A stretch of 64,000 bases of DNA, taken from Dimorphilus gyrociliatus. Taxonomy: Eukaryota > Animalia > Annelida. Below, in pieces: positions 25,302 to 37,885 of the stretch. A model generated the notes under the pieces. The model was not told the origin of the DNA. It was given only the letters and a program-made list of their open reading frames with translations, and did no database searches. The stretch's first letter is position 1, and every line of letters starts with the position of its first letter. A program made the translations under genes and the position numbers. The DNA lies in assembly GCA_904063045.1 (NCBI GenBank), contig CAJFCJ010000005.1:1999988-2063987 (forward strand), in the 5' to 3' direction.

Positions 25302-27607
25302 GTAAGTAATTTATTTTTTTCTATTATTACAATTATTAATATTATTATTAATATAGTTTGCATAGAAAACTTGCTTTTTAATCGTTTTTACGAAGCTAAG
25401 ACCTATTCGATTCTAAAATTATTCGATTGTGATACTTTTATTAAATCTTATCTTCTTTCTTAATTACATTTTTCCACTTACTTTTTATTTCAATAAAAAT
25501 TAGAAAAAGTCTCACGAAAAGAGAAATTCTTTTGTTTTTTTTTTTCTTTTTCCCTTCTTTTATTGATAGTAAAACAGATTGAATTTATAGAATATATAGA
25601 ATGTCTACGTAATACATATGTATATACTGTATATACTGTATGTATATTAATATATATTGTATAAATATGTATAAATATATATTGTATATGCGTATGTATA
25701 TGTATAGAATTTATCTAGTTGTTGTCCTATCTCTATCTATCTAACTATCTATCTATTTATTTCTCTCTTTCTCTCTTTTCAATCTTTCTTTCTTTCTTCA
25801 TTTCTTTCTTTCTTTTCCTTCTTCGTTCTTTTTTTATATTCTTTCATTAGATGACCATATGCAGTATAGCCGCCAGATATAGCCCCATAGCCACGCCTCT
25901 GTTATGCAATCGCCCCGGACTGTTACGTAAAATTTCAAAACCAACCGTTCCAATTTAAATCTGAGGAAATAAAAAAAAGCAAAGAAAAACAAAAAAATGA
26001 ATGAATGAAAGAAGAAAACTAAAGTGCCGATTTTTTAATTGAAATGTAAAATTACGTTCATAAAAAAAAAACAACGCCGCCCGCATAATATCGACGTTTC
26101 CGGCGATAAGCGATCGGTTTGCGGTCGATCTGTGCACAGCAATGCGCTTGTATGGCGTCACCGCCGATTGACCCCGAGACGTCATTTTTGCCCGTCCGAA
26201 ATCTATAAAGCATCGGACGCCCGAATACGTCATTAACGTAGCCAATCCTAGAAATTACGTAACACTCTCCTCCCATATAAATAGGCCTATATAGGAAAAT
26301 TTTTCCCTTTTCCGTATACGGAATCCCTATTTTGCTATTATCTTGCTTTGCCTCCTTAATTTTTTCTATATATCATTTCTTCTCTTCCTAATTCTATCTA
26401 TTCCTTTCCTCTTATTCTTCTAGCTGGCTCACTTCTATTTATGTCTTTCTATCTATCTTTCCTTTTTTCTATCTCTCCGTCTGTCCGTCTGTGTGTGTAT
26501 CGTTCTCTTTCAACTACTCATTTTTCGTCCGGCGCAGGGTCGCCGTAACGGTCAACGATTACGTAAGCGGCGTTGAGTAACGCTCCCTATTTACGGCGTT
26601 ACTTCTTTGTTGTGTTTGTTTTCGACGGCATAATAAACGTAGGCCGTTGAAGATTATTGACTAATCGGCTTAGAAAAGAGGATGAGCAAGTGTACGTATA
26701 CTCTTTCAGTGTGTTTTAAACATATTTAGCAATGCAATGGATAAATACTTATCCACGTAGACAATAATATAGAATTTACTTTTACATGTATATACACTAT
26801 ACGAATATATATCTCTCTCTATGTATATATAAATATATATAGACATAAATAGATATATTGTGTATGAATACATATTCATGAATAAATATATTCATGAATA
26901 AACATAATCAGTATATATGTATACTTTTTATATACATATCTGGCTCATGGTATTTATGTATCTATTGTTTTTATTAATAGCAAACGCAAATGAATGTATA
27001 TAGTTTTCCTTTGAGAAAACTGCTAAATACCTAAACGAAATTTTGCATGATCTGGCGACGTCATTTGTTGTCATGTAGGCCTTAATTATATCTGTTCTTT
27101 TTTTTCGGCAAACTAGGCCTAGTTGAGAAAAGTCGACCCTCATTGGTTGATCGCCCAACTAAATGTCTTTCATAGCAGATTGAACTAACAAACACTTTCT
27201 GTAATTAAACGCTTACGTTTGAAACGCTCTGTAAGCTCACTTCATCTAAGGTTTTCCTTCTCATTCGTCCGGTTCTATTCGGCCGATATTCTCCTCACGA
27301 AAAATTTGAAAAAAAAAGTAGATTGTTAATTTTAGTTTTATTTAAAAAAGAAAGAAAGACAAGGAAACATCTTAAATATAAAAAAAGGAAGAGAAGAGAG
27401 AGAGAAACAATCATCGTTTTCTATAAACCTGATGCTTTTTTTTAAAAGATAAATATAAAATAACAACAATGTATTGAAAAAAAAAAACTCCTTCAACTAT
27501 AATAAAAACAATTAAGTGGACTCGTCTTCGACTACTATTTTTCTTTCTCTCTCTATCAGTCTCTTTTCGTTTGCTTGCTCATTCTCTATTTCTTCCTCCC
27601 TCTTCAG

Positions 27608-27650
27608 GATTTTCCATCATCTAATCAGATTAAAATCCAAGTTTTAAAAG
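27608..27650 (+). other. Candidate 43-nt 5'UTR exon of hunchback
   Basis: Long polypyrimidine tract ending TTCAG at 27607; donor AAG|GTTAGT at 27650/27651; not frame-preserving, so compatible only with a non-coding leader. Confidence 0.3.
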
Positions 27651-29395
27651 GTTAGTAAAAATACTACAAATCATAATAAAATAGATACTAAATGATAAGT
27701 AACAGCTGTATTAATTCGCTTTATAATAAAATACATATAAAAACAATATGCTTACGCTTAAATTTTTTTTCTTTTTGTTTGCCCGAAACATAAAACTATA
27801 TTGTTTTTATTCTCTTTTTACCGTTTTTAGAAAATCTAGATTTTTCTTGTCCTTTTTATACAAGGTTCACTATCTCTATTCAGTATATCTTTATATATCC
27901 CACTCCGGCGCTCTTCTCCTACTGCTCTTCTCCTATTTTCTATCTATTTATCTATTTGTATTAATATTTTATTTAAATATCTAATCAATTTGGACCGGGG
28001 TATTTTTTTTTTCTTTCTTTTTCTTTTCTTTGTATTAAAGGAAGGAATTGGTTAGAGAAGGAGAAAGAAAATAAGGGAATAACTATACAAACAAGCGTTA
28101 GTCTCGGACAGTAGATTGTAAATTATTCAGGAACTAAAAATGGAAAAAAGGAAAAAAAAACAGTAAAATTGTAACGTCTAAGGCAGAACGGGTATAACTT
28201 TACTAGTCATTAATCAAACTTGTTTTACACGGAGCACAAAAAACGAGCTCGGTCTGTTATACATTATAGCCGACTGTTAGTTTGTCTAGGGGGTGAGGTA
28301 GGGGGCTGGAAATTCTTTTTTTCTAGCCTTTTTTTAACTTTCTAACCCCTCCTCTGATTTTTTTTAGTTATTCTAACAGTAGGATAAAAAAATTCCTTAC
28401 TTTTCTTTTCTTTTTCTTTTCATTTTTTATACAAAAGTAAATGATGTACAGTACTTTTATCATCTTCTGTTTCTCAGTCTCCGTCTGCGTCTCTTTCTCT
28501 CTTCTCCTACCCCCTCCTTTTCTCCTCATTCTAACCGTCTAATCTATAGATTTGTATACATTGTAAAAATGTAAAAAGAAAAATAAAAGGAAAATAAAAA
28601 GCGTACTGAGACTTTAATTAGAAATAATCGTTTAAAAAACGTTTAATAAAAAGATTTAGGATAACTTTCCTTCCGCTTAATCGTAGTTTATTTACTTTAA
28701 TATTGTTTGCCATATAAATGAAATTTATAAAAAGAAGAAGGGAAAGTAATAATTAATTGGTTGAGGCAAAGAAGATGAAAAGTATACCCAAACTCGGACA
28801 GCTAGTGGTCAGTTCATTTAGGAAACAATCGATAAAAAAAGGCTCTAAAGAAGTCGATATATTTTCTACAAGTCGATTGTTTTTTTTTCTCCTACGGATC
28901 CCATTTTTTATTGTAGCCAATTGATAGATTTACGCTTTTCAAAGGTCTTACATATTGTATACCATTTCTATCGTAATATTGATGACCCTTTCGATTGTCG
29001 TTCTGTACATTTGTTGCATTCGAAACAAAAACAAAACAAAAAAAAAAGAAGGGAGAGAGAGAGAGAGAGAAGGAGAGAGAGGAAGAAGAATATCGAACAA
29101 TCTCTTTCTTTACTTTATTTGTTTTTTAGTATTAGTATTATTTTACTCCAAAAGTATTTTTAGATTGCCTAAATGATAACAATAACAATAAAAAAAAATA
29201 GAAAAAGAATAACGAGAGAAAAAGAAATTAAAAAGAAAGAGATAAAAAAATAGTGGGGAAATGTAAGGAAAAACTAGTTCTCAGCCACTTCGATCAAGGA
29301 TAGAAAAAAAAGATTTCCGCTAGCCGTATTATTTTTTTTGTTTTCCTTCTTCGCAGGCCTATTATGTTTACTCTTATTTTAACAAAAAAAAATAA

Positions 29396-29410
29396 AGCGC
29401 CATCTGCCGA
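29396..29410 (-). promoter_or_regulatory. CTCF-type motif TCGGCAGATGGCGCT (minus)
   Basis: Strong core match upstream of the main hb exons. Confidence 0.55.
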
Positions 29411-31383
29411 TAGGAGTTAATTGGAAAAAGTTCATAGTAGTATTTTAGTAGTATAATCGATAGTAGAACATAGTAAAAGTAGTAACAGTAAAAAAATAAA
29501 AGTCGTAACTATAGTGGTAATTTTAGATAGGAGAGTGATGGGAGAAGGAGGTGGAAGGAGGTGAAGAAAAGAAAGAAGTGAATGTGATTTAGTTGAGGCA
29601 GGAAATATAATAAATCTGCAGAGCTTTCGAACTATTACATAATACATTGTAGAGAAAAAGCGAAAGACAGGTGCGCTTTAGTTACGTCATTGTCCAGGTG
29701 TGCCTGTTACCGAAAAAATTCATTCAAAAACCTTGTTTGTACACGCTTTTGGTCGAAGGAAGAAGTTGGGCGAGAAACTTGTCAATAAGGCTTACGTAAC
29801 ATATGCAAAAAAAGTAATTTACATTTGCATAATCTGGGGACGGCAGATGCGTCTTACGTAACCGTTGGACGAAAGAAAGAAACGTTTCGCTAGAGATTTT
29901 ACCCCTTATATGCTACTTTTATGTCTTAATTACCTCGTTAATTTTAACGGAGTTATCAATTCCTTAATGAGTATAGCTAGTTTTTAATATAAAATTAATT
30001 ATTCTTATTTACAACTGTACATCTATAAATTCCATATATTATCCACCTATCAAACTATTGAGCATATAATATAAACAGTGTATAAATTTATACGCGAGCG
30101 GCGTCGCCGTCTCATGTTCACAATTACACATGTAGACGTCAGATTCTACTCTTTTGATTAACAATGTTCATAAAAGAGTTGGAATCCTTTCTACGGTTGC
30201 TTAACTGTCATTTTTATCATTTTACCCTTTCGTATTTTTACTTCATTTTGAGAAAAGACGCCCACGTTTATTTCATTATTTCATCTGTTATTTTATAAAG
30301 TACACGTGTAGCGTTTCCATTGTATTAATAATAGAATTAAATAGGACTATTAAAGTATGTACAATATATATACATGGTGTTATGCAGTAGATAAGTTTTT
30401 TTTGTATATTATGTTGTACTTTTACATATCAATTAACAAAAAAATAACACATTGAAATGTCTATTTTTAAAAATAAGTGTTTTTTTTCCGCAAAAATCTA
30501 CCGTATTTAGAAATCTATTGATGATCAGTAACATATTTAAAAAATTAAAAAGTATGTTACTATAGATATGAACTTGTAATAAGCTTAATTAGGAATTAAT
30601 AAAAAGTTGGTGTTTTTAACGGGGGTAAAGCTGAGTTCAGCGTAATATTTTTACGTTAGGCAGCGATAATTATTTTTTTCCTATTATAAAAAGTGCAACA
30701 GCAGAAGCTTAGTATTCGACGCTCATAGGCCGCCTAATTAGCATAAAACAGAAGTACACCAATAATAATCATTTTTCATTCCGTCTCCGTTGAAGGGAGA
30801 TGAATAGCTGGTATTGCAACTGTCTTACAAGGGAAATGTTAATGTTTTGTAGGAGGTATTGTCTAATTAAAATACTTTTTTAATTAAATGATTAATTTTT
30901 TTTAATTATTATTTATCATCGTAAGAATCCAAAATTTCTTATAAAGGATCGTAAAGTGTTCATTTGTATGCATAAACTTTATATATATATTACTATATTA
31001 ACTTCTTGTCTATAACTCGTTCTTGTCTTATTTTGAATCCTCTATCTTTTTGTTTTCTCTTTCTTTATTCCTTTGTTTGTTTCTTTTTCTTTCTTTCTTT
31101 CTTTTTCTTAGCTTGAACTATTCTAAAATTTTGCTTTTCTTTCTTATTTCCTTATTCTTTATACAAACACCCACATACGTACAATTCCCACCTTATATCT
31201 TTCTAACTTTCATCCATCCCTTTTCCTGGCCCCTTCCTTCCTCTCATCTACATTTCCCAACTCCCACCCTGATACTTTCAATCACCGCATTTTTATTTCT
31301 CTTTTGTCTTTTCGTCTTTCTTCTTTTCTTTTCCAGACGATAATTTTCTCTAATCAAAACATTCTCCCCCTTTTTACTTACAG

Positions 31384-34300
31384 AGATGAAAGGCAGACTA
31401 GAGAGGCAGCATATCTAAATCGTCAAATGGAAACGGCAATCGGTAGCGGAAGAGACGCCTTTTACGGTCCGCACCTCTTCGGTAGCCAATTCCGACCGCC
31501 ATTCTGCAATGTCACATCTTCCCTTTATCCTTCACATCCACTAAAGCAGCTACAAAAGGCTGTTCAGAATGGATTACAACATCAGCTGCCTAAATTAACC
31601 CCACCAATTGTAAAAGAAGAGGAGGAAAGAGAGGAAAACTTTGACGCAAACTCTACTTGTTCCTATGTCGCGTCTACGTCCGGTGAAAGTTGTACAAGTG
31701 ACACCCCGCCCACTCCTCCACTTTCTAGTCAGGACAAGGACATATTCTTTTGCCACCTTTGCACTTGGTCAGGTAAGTTTGTCCCCTTTTTATCAAATTC
31801 GATCCATTGAACAGACGGCGCCACTAACTCATAAGAATGGTATTATCTCATAAAAGAATTCTAGAATAACAGACGGCTAACACTCTCTCCCATGGGACAC
31901 AGTCCACATTTTAATCCGACCCGGATAAGACTATGACACCGCAGCGTCTATTAGACGTCATATATTTTTCTGCGTGCGTCGCGTGTCCGTATCCTTTTAG
32001 TTTTCGACGCCGCAACCCGAGGCGTTCTTTTTACGACGTATAGACAATCGCTTTATATTTTTCTTAAGGTAAAAATATCGTTTTCCCCCTCCACACCTTC
32101 ATGTTAAAATCTTCTTCTCTTTGTTTTTCCACTAACCGTTTATGGACATTCTTATACCCTAAGGGGAATAATTCCGATATAATAAAAAAAAATAATATTA
32201 ATGAAATGAATAATAATAATAATAATAATAAAAGAATTCGCTTTTATCGCTTTTTTCTATACTGTCTCTCTCTCCTCCTACTTTTTCTAAGCTTGTCTTA
32301 TATATAGTATATAATCTATATATATATATATATTCTATCGGTATTGGAATTCAAAACAAGCCCACCTCTTATAGGGTAGTACTAGCAAAAAAACACAGTT
32401 AACAAAAGCAATTGTATTCTCGCTTTAAAAATACCGATCGAATATCTCGGTTAATACATTTCGATCCAAAAAAAAGAGAGAGAAGAAAAAAAAATTTTTA
32501 TAGGCCTAGTTTAAAAAAAGGCGATTCAGATCTACTCTATTCAAGTTGCCATTGTGGTAGGATTCTGGGCCCTTCGCTTATGCAGAACGATTTAACTTCC
32601 AATCAAATTTAACCAGCCGTTAGGGCTGTTTAACTGAGCTGCCCGGTTAAAGAATGTTTTGTAAAGTGAAGGTCTGACGTTTTTTTATTTTTTTTTTAAT
32701 TTTTTATTTCGTAAACGGAATCGGATAGAGGAAAAGAAATAGAGAGTAAATAGGATAAGAAAGAGCGAGAAGATAAAATTCATTGGAGAAAGTGAATCTT
32801 GATGAACATATTATATGAACATATGTGCTTAAAGACTTTATATAGTACTCTGATATAAAATAACGAATACGCATTTGTGTTGTAAAGAGGATAACACGAG
32901 ATATCGAGAGATAGAAAAGGAGAACAATTTTTAGGCCAAAGTTTTTTTTAAGGCTGTGCGCATATGTGTATTACTAAAGTATAAAGTTCGAAAACTAAAC
33001 CTTCTTTCACTAGTTCGATGAAGGAAGATGTAACGAGTTTATTAAACAACCGAAAGACGCCTTTAGGTGAGGTAAGATGCTAACTTAACAAGAATATCTT
33101 AACTTAAAGACGGCTTTTCCCGCCTTTTTATATTTTCTAACTCTCGTCTCTTTTATAAAATAAGATATTTATCAAAAAAAAATTTTCTATCAATTTCTTT
33201 AAACCTTTAACACCGATGAAATGGAAAATATTTCCTTCTCATTTTACTAGTCCACCTTTCCCCTCCACCCTTTTTTTACGCCATAGAAAAATTCACTCTT
33301 TTTTTAGATATAAAAAAATTTTGATCACGGCGCCCTCTGTCGGAATGGAAAGTTTTTTTATAGCTTTATAATAGATTTTAAACTCACTCTTTCCGAAGTA
33401 ACCTAGAGAATAAACATACTTTTACAGGCAGTTCGAAAGACTCATTCGATGAGCACATGACGTCGCATTTTGAACATAAATGCCCTCAATGCGACTATAC
33501 GTCGAGGACAGAGGGTCGTTTAAAGAGGCATATTAAGGACTTTCATAGTGAGGACCCAGCCTCTAATCCAAAAGTCAGTTGTCGACCAAAAATTTACAAG
33601 TGTAAACAATGCGACTTTCAAACGGCTATCAAAGTGGATTTTTGGGACCATTCAAAAGCTCATATAAAATCAGAAAAGATGTTACAATGTCCGAGATGTC
33701 CTTTTGTGACCGAGTACAAACATCATTTAGAATATCACCTGCGGAATCATTTCGGTTCGAAGCCGTTCAAGTGCGAAAAATGTAATTATTCGTGCGTCAA
33801 CAAATCGATGCTAAATTCCCATATGAAATCGCATACGAACGTCTACCAATATAGATGCTCAGATTGCCATTATGCCACAAAGTACTGCCACTCTCTGAAA
33901 CTTCATTTGAAGAAATACGATCACAAACCGGCTACTGTATTAAACCCGGATGGTTCACTTCCTACCGATGGTTCAGGAGATTTTGAGTTAGTATCGAAAC
34001 GGGGGCCACCAAGAGGACCCAGAACGACTGGAAGATCATCAGCCAACGGCATTCATCATCAAAGTCCATATCCTCCTCCCCAACAAAATAATCAACAACA
34101 ACATCATCAGCAACAACCAACGCAACAACCGCCACAAACCCCCACATCGTTGTCCCTACCACCACCACCCACTCCAACAACTGTACACCAACAGCAGCCG
34201 GTCACCTCAAAACCAATCCCTACCTCTCTTCCTTTACCAGTTTTACCTCCTTCTGCTCTGGGCCTACCACCGTCTTATTGGGGTCTATTAGGAGCGGCCG

Positions 34301-34902
34301 CTTCTCCATTCCAACCGCCTCCACCGTTAGTGCCGGCGGTCTCACTCGTCCAACAGTCGCTGCCAACGGGATCCATCCTAGGCTCGAGCTCGCCGAAGAG
34401 ATTCGTAGCTGTGGATTTGGCTGCTCAAATTGAATCTGAAAGTGATTCTAAGAAAAAGGAGACGCCACCTCTCAAGTTAGAGAGTATATCACCGCCCAAT
34501 AGTCGTCCGACTTCTCCGCTCGATCTTTCCAAATCGCCAAGTTTACCTCCATTGGCAACCCCTACCGGCGCTCGTAAGCGAAAAGGTAAGGCCTACAAAT
34601 TGGACACTCAAGTGTTAAACGCTCATCCACAAGAGTCAGAGGTAGTTGCCTCTCCAAAACGCAAGAGCGTTAAACAAGAATGTCCAAAAGAGGGAGAAGG
34701 CGTAGCTGATGAAAACATTGAAGATTGGGATACCAAATTTGAGTGCGCTCATTGCGCCATAACGTTCATTGATTGCATCCTCTATACAATGCACATGGGC
34801 TATCACAGTCAAAACGAACCTTTCAAGTGCAATATGTGCGGTCAAATAGCCGCCAATAAAGTCGAATTCAACTTGCATATTGCCAGAGCATCGCATGTTT
34901 GA
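31384..34902 (+). CDS. hb: Hunchback C2H2 zinc-finger transcription factor (2 N-terminal + 4 middle + 2 C-terminal fingers)
   Basis: Exon 31384-31772 (first in-exon ATG at 31427; ends CHLCTWSG|GTAAGT) joins in phase 1 to exon 33428-34902. Diagnostic: [62 protein letters not shown], basic box [27 protein letters not shown]. The N-terminus may extend to 22685. Confidence 0.97.
33329..33343 (-). promoter_or_regulatory. CTCF-type motif CCGACAGAGGGCGCC (minus) in the hb intron
   Basis: Close to the canonical CCASYAGRKGGCRS; ~85 nt upstream of the acceptor at 33427. Confidence 0.6.
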
Positions 34903-35245
34903 ATAAATGTTCTTTATTCTTTTCTTTATTCTTAATTTTGTTTTTTCAACTTTAAAAAAAAGGTGTAAAATTTTATGCAAAGTCAGAAAAAAACAAATAA
35001 TTCTTCTTGTTGTTGTTATGTTCTAAATGTTCTTTTTTTTCGTATACTTGTTTTTTCATCGTCTTGTATAACGAAACAAAAAAAAGAGAAAAGAAGTTAT
35101 AAAAGAAAAAAGAAAGAAATCTTCTCTTGCCCTATCTTTACAAATGCTCAACAGATGACAATAAAGTTGTAACGGATACATACACATAATGATAGTTGAC
35201 TAACTTTTAAGTATGCGTATGTATTCAAGAAAGTTACATATATAC

Positions 35246-35277
<32 letters not shown>

Positions 35278-35452
35278 CTTGTATGTGAATTGCAGTTTGT
35301 GTATGTTCTTCGTATCATATATATTCTAATAGCAAGCTAATGTTACCTATTTTTTATTTGTTGTTTATTTCTTTTTCGTGTATGCCATATATGTTTTATT
35401 AATCCCAAGTCATTATTATCAACAAAAAAAAAACAGAATAGGCAATGTAGTC

Positions 35453-35459
35453 CTACCTC
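35453..35459 (+). promoter_or_regulatory. let-7 7mer-m8 seed match (CTACCTC) in the putative hb 3'UTR
   Basis: Exact complement of let-7 nt 2-8, 550 nt after the stop; inclusion in the mRNA depends on which AATAAA is used (35160 vs ~35603). Confidence 0.5.
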
Positions 35460-36171
35460 GATGTGCTTAAACACTATCTATTGCCTTTTTTAAATGTAAA
35501 TTAGCTTATTCATTCCCTTTTTGTCAGTACCAATAAGTTAAAGAAGGAACGAGAATTTTTCTCTGTGAAATTATATAAAATATATAAACTTTAGTAATAT
35601 TTAATAAAGTAAATAACTATCAAAAATAAATTAACTACCAAAAGATAAAGAAAAACTCAGGAAAAGAGCATTTTTTGTTCTTCTTTTATTTTTGTTTCCT
35701 TTTCACCATTTCAGGGTTTTTATTCTTGTTTTAGCTCATTTTCACACTTAGTAAACAAATAAATAAATATTATGTATGTGTGTCTGTATACTCTCTATAT
35801 GTTCATTAAATGCCAGAACCATGTATGTAAAATATTGTACATGTGCCTATGCGGTATGCTTGTCATTTAAAACAGGGAGAAAAAGATGTCTATTCTCTTC
35901 CTTCTGTTATTTTATTCTTTTATCAGTAAATTTTCTCTTTAAGCTTTTATCAGATTGTATGAAACCTTTTTCCGCTCGTTTTATTCCTTTTTCTATGCGT
36001 TAATAAATAATATAAAATTATTGAGCTGAGGTATATGTATTGATCAGATCTAGTCTATTAGGCCAAAAAAACATACCAAGTTCCTTATTCAAGCAATTTA
36101 GATTTCTTAACCTTACACTTGTTTAATGTTCCTGGTAGAGTGTGGAATTGATTATTTATCAAGTGAATTTC

Positions 36172-36204
36172 TATAAATGCTATATGACGAATAGCTATTC
36201 AGTG
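36172..36204 (+). promoter_or_regulatory. TATA + Inr core promoter of the 140-aa membrane protein gene
   Basis: TATAAA at 36172, TCAGTG at 36199-36204 (A at 36201, TATA at -29), ATG at 36212. Confidence 0.5.
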
Positions 36205-36211
36205 TAAAATA

Positions 36212-36634
36212 ATGAGAAATTGGATCTTATCAGTAGTTATCTCAAGTATATTTATTTCTACAATATATGGAAATTGTAATGGAATAACCAGTTGCTCAGT
36301 TTCAACAAAGAAGCCAAAAAGAGTTACCAAAATAATTCAAATTCATAACGAAAGTAGCTCTTCATCAATTTCGATATATTTCATCCCGATACCAATAGTA
36401 ATTATAGGAGCTGGAGTTGCAGCTGTCTGTTGTATAAGGAAGAGGTCGAGACATAATTTTTGTACTACAACTGAAAATGAAAGTCAGGAAGTTAATATGA
36501 ATAATTCAGTTAGAACGCTCCCGGACGTACCAGAAGAAGACCATGTGAGTCGTCACATCTACATCGAAATAGAGGAAGGACCTGACAGAACTCCAATTGA
36601 AACCAATCGAACTAATTGTGAAGTTGAGACTTAG
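36212..36634 (+). CDS. Intronless single-pass type I membrane protein (140 aa), paralog of 40046..40702; family not recognised
   Basis: Signal peptide (MRNWILSVVISSIFISTIYG), short Cys/Ser/Thr ectodomain, TM ISIYFIPIPIVIIGAGVAAV, juxtamembrane CCIRKR, tail with LPDVP and HIYIEI; paralog in the window. Confidence 0.8.
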   Translation: MRNWILSVVISSIFISTIYGNCNGITSCSVSTKKPKRVTKIIQIHNESSSSSISIYFIPIPIVIIGAGVAAVCCIRKRSRHNFCTTTENESQEVNMNNSVRTLPDVPEEDHVSRHIYIEIEEGPDRTPIETNRTNCEVET

Positions 36635-36955
36635 AATTTTGTTGATAAAAAGAAGAACAAACGATCATCATTCATCATAGTGTTTCGGAAAGACTACAAG
36701 TTTTCGCCTTGTTTATAAAAACTACAAATTTTACATTAATCATCTGTCTCAAAGTAGGTACATAAGACATATAGTATATTATCTTCTCGAATGCTATAAA
36801 AAAACAGCTACAATATGGCTTATCAGGCTGATGGAGACAATGAAGATGCTGTGTTAAGTTAATGTATTCTGAATTTAAATATCGTAAATATGTTTATGTG
36901 TTATATAGTTTTCTAAGCTTGTCTTACTTGAAGTTTCTTGTTGTACGTGTACGTA

Positions 36956-36970
36956 TCAGCAGATGGCGCT
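36956..36970 (+). promoter_or_regulatory. CTCF-type motif TCAGCAGATGGCGCT
   Basis: Near-perfect match to the canonical CTCF motif, ~320 nt downstream of the 140-aa gene. Confidence 0.65.
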
Positions 36971-37870
36971 CTATGTCAAGCAGGATTTCCAAAACTTCGT
37001 TACAACTAATAGAAAAATGTGGTCAATATCCATAATAACCTAATTTCTAGTCTGTAAATACAAATCAAGTAAATGAATATTTATGAGATATTGTGTTTAA
37101 AATAAGAGAAAAAGCTATTTTAACCAATCGCATACTTGAAACAATATCAAATTACGCTAAAAAACTATGATAAAAAAGTGTGTAACACATTGACACATCT
37201 TCTTAACATTTTTAAAATACTATGAAGAAATCGTAAGTTATTGACACGTGGCAATAACTTCGAGTGACTCTTATCAATGAACAAGATTCAAAAATCGGCT
37301 AATTTGCTTTTCTACTCAACATCAGTTCTAGATGAACGACGCCCCTATCGTTCTATTGTAAAATATCATTCCTAATTTTGGTGGTACAATGGACGCTTGA
37401 ACGCATAAATAGTTTCTTTTTTTTTTTCAAGCAAATAAAAAAAAAGAGAAAAAAAAGGAAATGGAATTTAAGAGGAACTGGGGAATACTTTTGAAGTATC
37501 AACGACTTTCATTGTCCAATTATAGAAATTCCATCTTGTTGTAAAAGTTCATAAAAAAGTAACAATTTTCTTAATTATAAGAAAAGGAAACACAGACATA
37601 AAATAAGATAGAAAACTAATGATAGGAGTTAATTAAAACAAAAATAGGAGAGTTATATATAGAATTAATCTTCTATTATCGCCACTAATAATAAAAAAGT
37701 TCTTTGGGATTATTATTGTTATTATCTACTCCTATTCTAATATAAATTGAAGCTTTTCGTGCTTTTTAATTTTATCAATCGAAATAGGAAATTACCTGAA
37801 ATTCGCTTTTTCATTCTTCTATGTAATTAAATATACAAAAGGCGGATAAATAAAAGAACAATAATTATAT

Positions 37871-37885
37871 CCTACAGATGGCGCT
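37871..37885 (+). promoter_or_regulatory. CTCF-type motif CCTACAGATGGCGCT
   Basis: Strong core match, same orientation as 36956. Confidence 0.6.

Noticed and set aside
26873-26900. Tandem palindrome TATTCATGAATA x2 (hairpin-capable)
   Set aside because: Short AT-rich stem in low-complexity sequence; no pre-miRNA-like fold
33962-34980. Minus-strand ORFs 33962..34180 and 34636..34980
   Set aside because: Antisense shadows of the hunchback exon
34903-35700. Search for a Nanos response element or Pumilio site in the hb 3' region
   Set aside because: GTTGT words occur, but I found no TGTAHATA and no GTTGT-N5-ATTGTA arrangement
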